The position numbers and the translations under genes are program-made. DNA of 64,000 nucleotides. It comes from Azolla caroliniana. Its lineage: Eukaryota > Plantae > Polypodiophyta. Below are positions 1 through 11,157 of the stretch, one piece after another. Within the stretch, counting starts at the first letter, position 1, and every line of letters starts with the position of its first letter. The notes below the pieces were generated by a model, which was given only the letters and a program-made list of their open reading frames with translations, did not search any database and was not told the DNA's origin. The stretch spans positions 23,622,001 to 23,686,000 of the forward strand of contig JBHGNT010000005.1 of NCBI GenBank assembly GCA_043228905.1, given 5' to 3'.

Positions 1-1183
1 ATGAGTTGGTAAGTAGTTCCGAACTGTAATAGTGCACTGAACTCATGGGTTGTGTCCGGAATGTCCGGATACTTCAGGACCTCACTTTCCGCCGTAAATA
101 TGCCTTTCCCCCGCTGTGACTGGGCCATAATGATCGGTCGTGGTTCCCGGATTATTTCGAAAGTGGTTTTGGGCTCCGTAGCTCCGGAACTGTCGACCAC
201 GGGAGTCGTCTCTGTGGCCACGAGTGTGTCTTAAACAAATCCGCGCCCATCTTTCTTGTCCAGCCTCCGCCGTTTCGGCCTCGGGCTTTCCTAACGTTGC
301 TCGGCTTCCTGCTCCTGCGAGGCTTCCTCCCTGCGCTCCGGTTGTTCTTCCTGTGTTGTCCGCGTGCTGGGCTAGGCCGATTGGGGTTCATCCTCCCATT
401 CCGTGGTGGCCAACTCCGCTAACCTCCGTTTCGTGGAACGTGGCGGCGGTGTGGGTTTGCTAGGTTATGGTGCGGGCAGACCTCGGGGTGGGAATAGTAT
501 CGTCAGATACTATTGTATGATTGGCCTTAGCTTTTTTTCGCCTTGATACACGTGTAGTCCTTCCCGTAACGTTGGTCCCGTAATGAACCCCCAATCAACC
601 GCACGCCCTTCGAAGGTATCAATGATCAAGCATGCCTTCTGCTTTGGCATCCCATAGGCATTTACATGCACGCATCCGACTTCCAACAAGAACTTGGCTA
701 TTTCGCGAAAGAAGGGATCAGGGATTTACTTCGTCCTGTATGCCTTGGCGGACGTCGAATATGCCCCGAAATATCTCTGCAAGATTTCCGCATGAGGAAT
801 GTCGAAATGTCTTTCTCCGAGCGATGAAAGTCAAGCTTCTTCCGGATAGAGGAGTTGGTGACCGTGTCTATATTGAGTTTCCTGGCGATGTCCAAGGCTT
901 CAGGATGAGTGGGTGCCTCGGCGACTTTGATGTATCCGTCCAAGCGCTTTTCGACGAGCCATCTACGCAAGGCGGCAGAAATAGGGATCAGCATCGTTGG
1001 AGGGTGAGACTCGTGGATAGTGGGTGAGGTATGGTGGCTATGGCGAACTTGAGCTCTGTGGTATGACGGAGAGGAAGGTGAGTGAGGGGAGCGATGAGAG
1101 TTAGAAGGTTGGTTTCTGTTCTGTGCAGAAAACCTTCTATTTTCTTCTTTTTGTGGCCTAGGGTTCATTGGTCTATGAGCCAT
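1..1183 (-). pseudogene. Extra 3' ORF of Gypsy family A (sense to pol), frameshifted
   Basis: Starts MAHRPMNPRPQKEENRRFSAQ, nearly the same as the ORF at 63035. It continues after a frameshift as LLEVGCVHVNAY..DTFEGRAVDWG..PKRRRL. Confidence 0.8.
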
Positions 1184-2980
1184 CGTGGTGCCGCGTGTTC
1201 TTGATCTAGAAGTTTATTCATGGATCAAGTCCTTTTAATAGCGTCGCTATCTTCTCTCTCTTTTTTTCTCTTTTTTTTCTTTTTTTTTCTTTTTGTAACG
1301 GTTACATACAATATTATTTTTACACTATAGTACAAGTAGGGCCCTATACTTACTCCGCGGATACACCAGCTTTGTCTTGTCCGGCGGGGAACGAGTTAGG
1401 TGGTGTAGGCCCCATGTAGGGTTTGAAGTGAACCCCATTCACTTTTTGTCGGAGCACCTCTCCAGCCAAGGTGCCAAGTTGAAATGTGTCGTTTTCCGCT
1501 CCAACTATCTAGCAGAATCTTAATTTTCCTGGCATTTGCCCCATGAGTGTTTGAAAAATTAATACCGCCTTCCCGACCGTAAAATCCTTTTCACGCGCAT
1601 ATCGATATCGGTCCACAAATGCTTTGCGCTGCCGCTATTCTTGTTCCAATATGGCCATACTGCGTACCCAAGTTTCGCCTAGTTCGAGCAGTTGTTGTAG
1701 CCGTATTTGTTCGAATTTGTCCTCTGATAGTCGGACTCGTACTTGAATCCGTAGGCTGGGTACCTGGAATTCGACTGGCATTACGGCCTCTAGCCCAAAT
1801 GCTAGCCTGAAAGGCGTGGATTGTATGTTGGTATTATAGCTAGTTCGATATGCCCATAATGTGTTGTGCAATTTGGTATCCCAATCTGTTATGTTCTCAT
1901 TGACTATCTTTTTGAGGATAGTTTGTAATGTTTTGTTCATGGATTCGGCCAAGCCATTTTCCTGTGGGTAATATGGCGTACTCTTTTTGTGGACCACGGC
2001 GTAGTGTTGGGTCAGTTCGTTGATCACCATATTCAGAAAGTGACTCCCTTGGTCACTAATGAGCTCAATAGGGCAGCCAAAACGACACCAAATATGTTCG
2101 TAAAGGAATTTCGTCATGACTGCCGCGGTATTCTCGCGTAGTGGTTTCGTTTCTACCCACTTGGTGCAGTAATCTGTAGCCACCAGGATATACTTATTGC
2201 CGGTTCAGGCAGCCACCGGGGTAAAGGGTCCCACAAAATCCAACCCCCACTTTTGGAAAGTATCCAACGGCAACACTGGTTGATGTGGCATTCTCACGAC
2301 TTTCGTGGGCTGGCCCATCCGTTGGCATAAATCGCATTGTTTGCAATATTCACACGCATCCTTTTGCGTAGTTGGCCACCAAAGTCCTGCTTGCCAGATC
2401 TTCTGGGCTGTAACATCGCCCGCGTAATGTCCTCCCGCTGTATCACAGTGAGCTTCGCGTAAAACCGTTGCCTTCTCATCCTATCGTATTCCGCATCTCC
2501 AGATGTCGTCACTGCCTTTGTGATATAGGACGTCTTCGACTAAACAGAAATTACGACTCTGGACAGTCAGCCATTTTTTCTCGTCCTTCCTTAATTGTGG
2601 TGGAGGTAACCCCGTGGTCAGAAAGTAGGTCATTTCCATCAACCATCGATCCAAAAAAGTCTTTTCTGTTCTTGCTGCTAAAGTTGCTATACGCAGGATT
2701 TCCACATCCGGAAAGTCGTCGTCATCTTTTTGCGCCATTTCTCCATTATCTATTCTGCTCAAGAAATCTGCCATCGTGTGTTGCGTACCCAGTCGGTGCT
2801 GAATTACAAAGTCAAATTCTTGGAGCAACAACATCCATCTAGCCAATTTTCCTGTCAGTGCCTGTTTCCCCACCAGATATAGCAATGTCGTATGATCCAC
2901 GTGAAACGTGAATTTTCGCCCTAGCAGATAATGCCGGAATTTATTGATGTTGTATATCATACCCAACGCTTCATGTTCCG

Positions 2981-3288
2981 TTGTGGAATAGTTACGCTCA
3001 ACCATTGATAGTTTCCGACTGGCGTAGTACACTGGTCGGTACCAATTCGGCTCCGTGAGTTGCATTAGCGCACTACCTATTGCTATATCCGAGGCATCCA
3101 CAAACACGTGAAATGGTTTCGCCCAATCTGGTGGTTGTGGAATAGTTACACTCAACCATTGATAGTTTCCGACTAGCGTAGTACATTGGTCGGTACCAAT
3201 TCGGCTCCGTGAGCTGCATCAGCGCACTACCTATTGTTATATCCGAGGCATCCACAAACACGTGAAATGGTTTCGCCCAATCTGGTGG
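2981..3288. repeat. ~154-bp tandem duplication inside the RNase H region
   Basis: ttgtggaatagttac...cgcccaatctggtgg occurs at 2981 and 3135, and the peptide FVDASD..STT appears twice. Confidence 0.9.
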
Positions 3289-4152
3289 TTATACGACCAG
3301 TGCCTACGTTAGCATTATTTTTAGCGCATCATACGCCTTTTCTTCCGTTGTTGTCCATTTGAAAGGGGTACGGTGGACGGCGGCATGTAATGGTGTGGCG
3401 AAATCCACCAAATAGCGTATCATCCAACTATGCCATCGTATTTGCCCCAGAAACCAACTGAGTGCTTTGGCATTTGTCGGCGTCTTTGCGTGAGTAATCG
3501 CGGAGATTTTGTTTGGATTGACCGTTATCCCCTCCTTACTGACGAGTTGGCCGAGGAGGGCCCCGCTGGTGATGCCGAAGACGCATTTGGCAGGATTCAA
3601 GCTTAAGCATGAAGTTCGGCAACGCTCCAGGCAAAGCTGTAGATGCGTAAAATGTTCAGCTATTGTCCCATATACCACAAAATCGTCTAAAAAGACCTGC
3701 ATGAAGGCAGGTATATATTCCCCAAAAATCTCCGTGATTGTCCGCTGAAATGTAGACAGCGCCATCTTTAGCCCGAACATCATGGAGACCATGATATAGA
3801 CTCCCCAGTCCGTGACAAACACCATCTTCTCTTGGTCGTCGAGGTGCATGCATACTTGATTATACCCACCGAAGCCATCCAGAAAGCTGTACATGTCATG
3901 CCCTGCGACTGCATCCAGTACGTTGTTGGTGAAAGGTAAAGGGAATGTGTCTGTAATGGTTACAACGCTCAATTTTTGGTAGTCCACGCACACACGTATT
4001 TTGCCATTTTTCTTTGGTACGACTACTATCGGGCTTAGCCATGTAGCTTGCTAGACTAGTCGAATGAATCCGGCCTTGAGAAGTTTGTCAATTTCCTCTT
4101 TTACGCGAGCCGCGTAATTTGGATTCATGCGGTATCGACGCTGCTTGACTGG

Positions 4153-4900
4153 TGTGAAAGTGTTTTTAGAATCTAAGCCATTGAACATTAGGAGAATATA
4201 AAGTATAGATAATTCACCTTTTGAGGATAAGAACACGAACTAAGACCTTAGGGAAGAAGTCAAAAGTAAAAGTACGAGACCAAGAGAAAAGTAAAAAGAG
4301 AAAACGCAGACTATAAAAACAGTAAAAATAGAATGGTCATAACTCCCTCGTTGTTTATCCAAATATCACGTTTAAATATGGATTAGAAAGCTTGTAAAAA
4401 GAGCTTTCTATAGCTTTTTAAATCGCTTAATTTGGATATCGGATGAGGGAGATATGACGATTAGAAGGTCGATGTGTCATAGCTAAAAATAGGGAGATAA
4501 AAAGCTTCTAAAAATAGCATGAACGTGGATAAGAAGAGGAAGGTTATAAAAGAAGAAGTGATATTAGTGAGGAGGGGGGCTAAGAGTGAAGGCCAAAGAG
4601 TGGATGAGGAGTGTTAGGAAGAAGTGTCTTTGTGGAAGAGGAAGTGTCTTAGAAGAGGAAGGTCTTTGGTTTTAGTTCGATGTGGAGTTTGTCTCCTTTG
4701 TATTCTCTTGATGTTGGAATATCAGAACATTCTTATTTCTTGCTCGCTTTCTCTATATTTTTTCTTAGTTTCTTGAGTTATACTCTCTAATCATAATTAC
4801 CTAGAGCTATATAATATATTATGATTTTCAACTCCATCTAATCGGTTTGGTCAAGCCCTCATATAGTGTATAACTATCTATTATCTTATACACCCTATCA
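4153..4900 (+). repeat. 5' LTR (748 bp)
   Basis: Runs TGTGAAAG...CCCTATCA; no mismatch to the 3' LTR seen by eye. Confidence 0.97.
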
Positions 4901-4903
4901 TTT

Positions 4904-4921
4904 TGGCGCTCCAGGGAGGGC
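4904..4921 (+). promoter_or_regulatory. Primer binding site, probably tRNA-Asn(GTT) type
   Basis: TGGCGCTCCAGGGAGGG lies 3 nt after the LTR; its reverse complement is CCCTCCCTGGAGCG-CCA. The tRNA identity is inferred from recalled plant tRNA-Asn 3' ends. Confidence 0.7.
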
Positions 4922-4988
4922 GGATCCTTTCCGTATAGGAGGGAGAACTTATCATTTAATTGTGTTACTATATTACATTAACTTAGCT

Positions 4989-7900
4989 ATGCAATTTGCA
5001 TTTTCAGGTGAAAGAACACAAGATGCGGGTGCCTTTTTGGCATCTTTTGAGCATCATGCTGTCTCTATTGGACGCATCACCGACAATGAGAAGTTACCTT
5101 TATTAGTAGCTACATTCGATGGTCGAGCTCGAGATTGGTATGACTCTCTTCCTCCAAACCAACAGGGAGCATATCAATTGTTGGTGCACCAGTTTCGTGC
5201 CAAATATATTCAACGACGAAGTGCAACCGAAGTAAGGGAAGAGCTATTTCGACTAAAGATGGAATCACCAATTGGTTTCACTGAGTATGAAAGAAATTTC
5301 AAGGATTTGTGGACTACATGGATTCGTCTTCGTGGCGGCACTGAAGACGAGTGGTTTAAAATGGAACGATTCAAGATGGGTCTTGATATGTATTTCCGTT
5401 TGGAAGCAAACTTGAAGGATCCCACATCGTTTCAAGCTCTTATCCAAGTTTGTCAAGCTTATGATCGACAAGTGAAGATGATGAGCTCCTTGGGGGATCC
5501 CCAAATGACGGCTTTGGGTGCAAATTTGATGCCTCGTGCCAACTTTCAAGCCTCATCTTCAATTGTGCATGGGGGACAAGTGTTTCCAAATGTGTATACC
5601 ACCACAACAATAAACCCAACAAGTATATCCCAAGAAGTTGAACAAGTGAGGAGTGAACAAGATACCATGGCATTGGTAAATCGGCGCTTTGATGAAGTGA
5701 TGACCCACTTGCGACAATCCCAAGCAATTCACAACACTATTCCCGATGGTGGTGGCTCTAGAGGGCATCACGGTGTAATTTGTTATTCTTGTCAAGAGGA
5801 GGGACACATCTCAACAAGATGTCCTCATCGACAACAAAGAGGCATGGGAAGAGGCATTTATCAAGTGCAAAGGAATGGACAACGACCTAACAACAATGAA
5901 GTCGAAGGAAACGTAACACTCCCTATGGCTCAGGTTCCTACAATTCCTCATAATGTGAATCTTCTTAATTTTATTGATGATAGTGATAATTCTTTTGAAG
6001 TAGCTCCTGTGAAAAGGACAAGGTCCTCGCAAAAGGAGAAAGAAGTTGAAGGAGAATCTAGTGCCTCAAGACAAAAGAAGAAGTCTAAGGAGAATGAGAA
6101 AGAGGAAAAATTGAGAAGGAGACACTCTAGAAGAAAGATCAAGATGGAGAACATTCCTATGGGTGAAGGTGTAGAAGCTTTCAATTTGAAGCATGAGTTG
6201 ATTTCAAGTGGACCAAGGATAACATGGCCGCAACTTCTCCAATTATCTCCCACATTACGAAAGGAGTGGGGGCGACTTGCAAGTATTCGCCAAAGTCGGA
6301 AGACTGTGCATTATGTGGGAATCGTGCGAGTAGAAGATCGAAAGGACATACGACCCACCATCCCCGTCTCCATCAAAGGGTTTCACATCAAAGATGCATT
6401 GGTTGATAGTGGTGCTAGAGTAAGCTTGATTTCTGAATTTGTGGTAAACAAAGTGGGAATTCCTATAAGTAGGTCATCTTCGGCAAGAGTGGCTGTAGCC
6501 GATGGTGGAGTGGTCCATTGCATTGGCATAGTGGAGGATGTTGTCATCAAGTGTTTTGGGGTAAGCATTTCCATGGATTTTCATGTAATACCACTAAAAG
6601 GACCGTCATATTCTTTGGTACTAGGACGACCATGGATGCAAGAACTCAATGTTGTTCAAGATTGGAGCAAAGGTTTGATGACCATAACGCCATCAAAAGG
6701 AGTGAGCATACATTATGATATGCGGCAACAAAGACTTATTGAGAAAGAAGAAGATGGAATAACTGAATATGATAGTGGGTCCGCATATGAAAGTGATGAA
6801 AGTGAAGATTCCTCGTCAGAATGGGAAATGACCACATCATATGCCGTTTTGAAGGAAGAAGATGATGAAGGAGGTTTAATTACTATGGAGCAAAAAGAGA
6901 AGATGATTTCTAAAGATCTTAAAGGGCAAGAGAGGCAACAATTTATTAATTTGATTTCTGAATTTCCTAACCTTTTCATTAGTGATTATGCTCATATTAG
7001 GGGTGTAGATGTCATCCAACATCACATAAATCTAAAGGAGGGTACAACTCCCGTTGCGCAAAAGTTGCGAAGGCTAGGTCACGTGCAAAAGGAGGCCTTA
7101 TTAAAGGAAGTCAAAGCTTTGTTGCGTGCACAATTCATTTACCCAGTGGAAGATTCTGAATGGGTTTCGCCCATTGTGGTGGTACCTAAAAAGAATGGAA
7201 AATGGAGGGTTTGTGTTGATTACAAACCTCTAAATGCGGCTACCAAGAGGGATCACTTTCCTCTCCCTTTCCAAGATGAAATATTAGATGAAATTGCGGG
7301 TCATGAAATGTACTCTGTTTGTGATGGCTATTCAGGTTATTTTCAAATTCGTATTGCGGAAGAGGATCAAAAGAAGACGACATTCATCACTCCATGGGGA
7401 TGCTTTGCATATCGATGCATGCCCTTTGGACTCACAAATGCTGTTTTTACATTTAATCGTCTTGCTATTCATGTATTCCAACCATTCTTTGGAAAGTTTG
7501 TTAGAGTCTTTATGGATGACTTTGCAATTTATAGTAGCAGGAAAGACCATTTGGAAAAGGTTCGCTTGGCATTCAAAAGATTGGAGGAATGCAAAATGCA
7601 ACTCAACCCAGAGAAGTGTCACATAGGTGAAAAGGAGGTGGTGATGCTTGGTCATGTGGTGTCTCAAGAAGGAATCAAAGTTGATAGCTCAAAGATTGAA
7701 GCAATTCAAAAGATGACAACACCCACGAGTATCAAAGATTTGGAGGTATTTGTTCAAAAAGTTCGTTACTTTGAACGATTCATTCATATGTTGGCCCAAA
7801 TTCTCTATCCTTTTCGCATTATTCTTCGCACCAACAACTTCTTGTGGACATCTACAACTGAAGAGCAATATGTAAGAATAAAAGAACTATTATGTAATGC

Positions 7901-10148
7901 TCCTATTCTAAAGCCACCTGATAGAACATCTACCTTCTTTCTTTCTCTTAGTGTTGGATCTCATGCTATAGGAGCCATTCTTATGCAACAAGATTCTGAA
8001 AATAGGCTTATGCATCCTATATATTTTATTAGTAAAGCCATGTCTGATGTAGAGAAAGAATTCTTAGAAGTAGAAAAGTGGATGTTAGCTCTTATATATG
8101 CTTGTAAAAAGTTTAGAAGCTTTCTACTACCTCATCATTTTGTAATAATCACTAGCATGTCATTACTCCCATATGTACTCCAACATGTGAGCATTTCAGC
8201 ACGAATTGCTAAATGGGCTCTACTATTGGCGGAGTTTGATTTTGAAGTCAAATTGGAATCAACTATGCGTGCCGAATTGGCGGATCTTCTCACCTTTAGA
8301 GAAACCTTTCATGAAGAAGACTTGGTAAAGCTACGAAAGGCACTTCCCGAGCCGGATATGGAGGATGCATTCACCTTATTCTTTGATGGGGCATTTCGCA
8401 AAGCCACAAACATAGCCGTGGGTGGGATTATTCTCAAGGATCCTCAAGGAGACAGAGTAAAAAGTGAAGGTATTACATTAAGTGGTGTGAATTCAAATAA
8501 TGAAGCGGAGTATGCTACCTTGTGTTATGGTCTTCGTCTATGTAAAGCTATGAAGATAAAAAGATTAATTCTTAAGGGTGATTCCTTATTGGTAATTAAA
8601 CAAATTCAAGGCAATTGGAAATGTCAAAGTGATGGGCTTAGAAATTTTTATAAAGAAGCAATGAGTCTACTAAGGTCTTTTGAAAAGATACAGGTTAAGC
8701 ATGTGGGGAGATTATACAATAAAGAAGCGGATGCATTAGCTCAAGCCCAATTAGATAAGATCAAGGAAGGTTTCGTTGGTGTTTTGGAGACGTGCAAAGA
8801 TGTAGACTCCCTAGAGGAAGTACATAATTTTCTTAATAAAGGAGAGTTTCCAAATAACCTCAATGCTTTGCAAAGAAAGCGTTTGGTGGCAAAGGCTTCA
8901 CAATATCATTTGGTGGGTGAAGATTTGTACAACAAAGGGAAAGATGGAGTTTTACGAAGAGTTCCTAACAAAAGCGAGATTATAAAGATACTCTTTAAGT
9001 TGCATGAAGAAGTTTGTGGTGGGCATTTAGCCCATGATATAATGATAAGAAAGATTTTACTAATTGGTTTTACATGGCCTACTATCCATAGGGATGTGCA
9101 TGATTGGTGTAGATCTTGTGATGCATGTCAAAAAGCGGGAATAAGACATCTACAAAGTGGACCTTTACAACCCATTGTGGTGTTTGCTCCATTCGAGAAA
9201 TGGGGAATTGATGCAGTAGGACCTCTTCCGAAAACTCAACATGGTAAAGAGTTTATTTTGGTGGCCATTGACTACATGACAAAGTGGGTGGAAGCTATAG
9301 CAACTTCCTCGGTTAAAGCCAAAGATGTAGCCCAATTTGTGTATAAGAATATTTGTACTAGATTTGGAGTTCCCATGGAGATTGTATCCGATCATGGACC
9401 CGGTTTTAGGAGTGAAATGTTAGCTTGTCTATTAAGCAAGTTGAAGATTAAGCATCGATATTCAACGCCTTATTATCCTCAAGCAAATGGTGCAGTTGAG
9501 AAAGTGAATGGGCTTATAGTGAAGAATTTGACAAAGTTAGTGCAAGACAAAGTAAGAACATGGGATAGGTATTTGGATGATACTCTTTGGGCTTATAGAG
9601 TTTCTTATAAATCCTCCACAGGTTTTACTCCTTTTTATTTGGTTTATGGAAAAGAAGCGTTACTTCCGATCGAACTTGAGATCAAAAGTAATAGACTAAT
9701 GGAGGCATCGCATCGCTCAAAAGGAAATGATGTGATGAGTCGTTTAGCGAGCAACCATCTACTACAATATTCAAGAGAAGAAGCTGTGGAGCATTACTTA
9801 AATCAAGCAATGAAGAGAAAGGAGGCATATGACAAAAAACACAAGGGCAACCACATTGAAGAAGGATCATTGGTTCTTAGGTATGATAATAGATATGATT
9901 ATATTCAAGGACAAAAGCTTGATAATAAGTGGGAAGGACCCTTTGTGGTTCACAAAAAGTATGACAACGGAAGTTACCAATTGAAAGATGTGGATGGAGC
10001 ACTTCATTCTTATCGAGTGAACGGATGGCGCCTTAAAAAGTATGTAACTCGGGGACCTACTTATATTCCCCAAGTTACTAATGATATTGTTGATACGGAT
10101 GGATGGGAGCAAGAAGTGGACTTGTTTCCCCATACATTATTTTCTTAA
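4989..10148 (+). CDS. Gag-Pol polyprotein: Gag-CCHC-protease-RT-RH(degenerate)-aRH-integrase
   Basis: First ATG after the PBS (MQFAFSGE). Motifs: CYSCQEEGHISTRC, LVDSGA, VFMDDF, aRH FFDGA/NNEAEY/GDS/EAD, integrase H-H-C-C, WGID..SDHG..E and WEGPF. Confidence 0.96.
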   Translation: MQFAFSGERTQDAGAFLASFEHHAVSIGRITDNEKLPLLVATFDGRARDWYDSLPPNQQGAYQLLVHQFRAKYIQRRSATEVREELFRLKMESPIGFTEYERNFKDLWTTWIRLRGGTEDEWFKMERFKMGLDMYFRLEANLKDPTSFQALIQVCQAYDRQVKMMSSLGDPQMTALGANLMPRANFQASSSIVHGGQVFPNVYTTTTINPTSISQEVEQVRSEQDTMALVNRRFDEVMTHLRQSQAIHNTIPDGGGSRGHHGVICYSCQEEGHISTRCPHRQQRGMGRGIYQVQRNGQRPNNNEVEGNVTLPMAQVPTIPHNVNLLNFIDDSDNSFEVAPVKRTRSSQKEKEVEGESSASRQKKKSKENEKEEKLRRRHSRRKIKMENIPMGEGVEAFNLKHELISSGPRITWPQLLQLSPTLRKEWGRLASIRQSRKTVHYVGIVRVEDRKDIRPTIPVSIKGFHIKDALVDSGARVSLISEFVVNKVGIPISRSSSARVAVADGGVVHCIGIVEDVVIKCFGVSISMDFHVIPLKGPSYSLVLGRPWMQELNVVQDWSKGLMTITPSKGVSIHYDMRQQRLIEKEEDGITEYDSGSAYESDESEDSSSEWEMTTSYAVLKEEDDEGGLITMEQKEKMISKDLKGQERQQFINLISEFPNLFISDYAHIRGVDVIQHHINLKEGTTPVAQKLRRLGHVQKEALLKEVKALLRAQFIYPVEDSEWVSPIVVVPKKNGKWRVCVDYKPLNAATKRDHFPLPFQDEILDEIAGHEMYSVCDGYSGYFQIRIAEEDQKKTTFITPWGCFAYRCMPFGLTNAVFTFNRLAIHVFQPFFGKFVRVFMDDFAIYSSRKDHLEKVRLAFKRLEECKMQLNPEKCHIGEKEVVMLGHVVSQEGIKVDSSKIEAIQKMTTPTSIKDLEVFVQKVRYFERFIHMLAQILYPFRIILRTNNFLWTSTTEEQYVRIKELLCNAPILKPPDRTSTFFLSLSVGSHAIGAILMQQDSENRLMHPIYFISKAMSDVEKEFLEVEKWMLALIYACKKFRSFLLPHHFVIITSMSLLPYVLQHVSISARIAKWALLLAEFDFEVKLESTMRAELADLLTFRETFHEEDLVKLRKALPEPDMEDAFTLFFDGAFRKATNIAVGGIILKDPQGDRVKSEGITLSGVNSNNEAEYATLCYGLRLCKAMKIKRLILKGDSLLVIKQIQGNWKCQSDGLRNFYKEAMSLLRSFEKIQVKHVGRLYNKEADALAQAQLDKIKEGFVGVLETCKDVDSLEEVHNFLNKGEFPNNLNALQRKRLVAKASQYHLVGEDLYNKGKDGVLRRVPNKSEIIKILFKLHEEVCGGHLAHDIMIRKILLIGFTWPTIHRDVHDWCRSCDACQKAGIRHLQSGPLQPIVVFAPFEKWGIDAVGPLPKTQHGKEFILVAIDYMTKWVEAIATSSVKAKDVAQFVYKNICTRFGVPMEIVSDHGPGFRSEMLACLLSKLKIKHRYSTPYYPQANGAVEKVNGLIVKNLTKLVQDKVRTWDRYLDDTLWAYRVSYKSSTGFTPFYLVYGKEALLPIELEIKSNRLMEASHRSKGNDVMSRLASNHLLQYSREEAVEHYLNQAMKRKEAYDKKHKGNHIEEGSLVLRYDNRYDYIQGQKLDNKWEGPFVVHKKYDNGSYQLKDVDGALHSYRVNGWRLKKYVTRGPTYIPQVTNDIVDTDGWEQEVDLFPHTLFS

Positions 10149-10409
10149 TAGTCCATATTGTAGACCCATCTTTCTCTCTATTAACAAAGAGGAAGATGGT
10201 AATAGTGATTATCTTTTTTATTTGTAGAGAATGTGAGGTTTTTCCTACCGATTAGCGGGGGTTTTACTCACATCTTTTTATTTTCTTTTTATTATATCTC
10301 TCTCATTGTCTATAGCCAAGAGATTGGCGAGAGAGCTTTTGTTTGTTAAGTACTGCCAATAAGTGCTTCGCCATAAATGGCTTAGCCTCTAACAAGGGGG
10401 AGGGCTAAA

Positions 10410-11157
10410 TGTGAAAGTGTTTTTAGAATCTAAGCCATTGAACATTAGGAGAATATAAAGTATAGATAATTCACCTTTTGAGGATAAGAACACGAACTAA
10501 GACCTTAGGGAAGAAGTCAAAAGTAAAAGTACGAGACCAAGAGAAAAGTAAAAAGAGAAAACGCAGACTATAAAAACAGTAAAAATAGAATGGTCATAAC
10601 TCCCTCGTTGTTTATCCAAATATCACGTTTAAATATGGATTAGAAAGCTTGTAAAAAGAGCTTTCTATAGCTTTTTAAATCGCTTAATTTGGATATCGGA
10701 TGAGGGAGATATGACGATTAGAAGGTCGATGTGTCATAGCTAAAAATAGGGAGATAAAAAGCTTCTAAAAATAGCATGAACGTGGATAAGAAGAGGAAGG
10801 TTATAAAAGAAGAAGTGATATTAGTGAGGAGGGGGGCTAAGAGTGAAGGCCAAAGAGTGGATGAGGAGTGTTAGGAAGAAGTGTCTTTGTGGAAGAGGAA
10901 GTGTCTTAGAAGAGGAAGGTCTTTGGTTTTAGTTCGATGTGGAGTTTGTCTCCTTTGTATTCTCTTGATGTTGGAATATCAGAACATTCTTATTTCTTGC
11001 TCGCTTTCTCTATATTTTTTCTTAGTTTCTTGAGTTATACTCTCTAATCATAATTACCTAGAGCTATATAATATATTATGATTTTCAACTCCATCTAATC
11101 GGTTTGGTCAAGCCCTCATATAGTGTATAACTATCTATTATCTTATACACCCTATCA
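10410..11157 (+). repeat. 3' LTR (748 bp)
   Basis: Copy of 4153-4900, preceded by the purine tract AACAAGGGGGAGGG and followed by ACTGG. Confidence 0.97.

Larger units (their letters stand above)
4153..11157 (+). mobile_element. Intact young Ty3/Gypsy LTR retrotransposon with additional RNase H (Tat-like), 7005 bp
   Basis: TG..CA LTRs at 4153-4900 and 10410-11157, 5-bp TSD ACTGG (4148-4152 and 11158-11162), PBS at 4904, PPT at 10391-10409, and one uninterrupted gag-pol ORF. Confidence 0.98.

Noticed and set aside
4866-4988. N-terminal 41 codons of the 1760-aa ORF call
   Set aside because: It starts at a non-ATG codon inside the LTR and crosses the PBS; the first ATG after the PBS (4989) is the plausible start.
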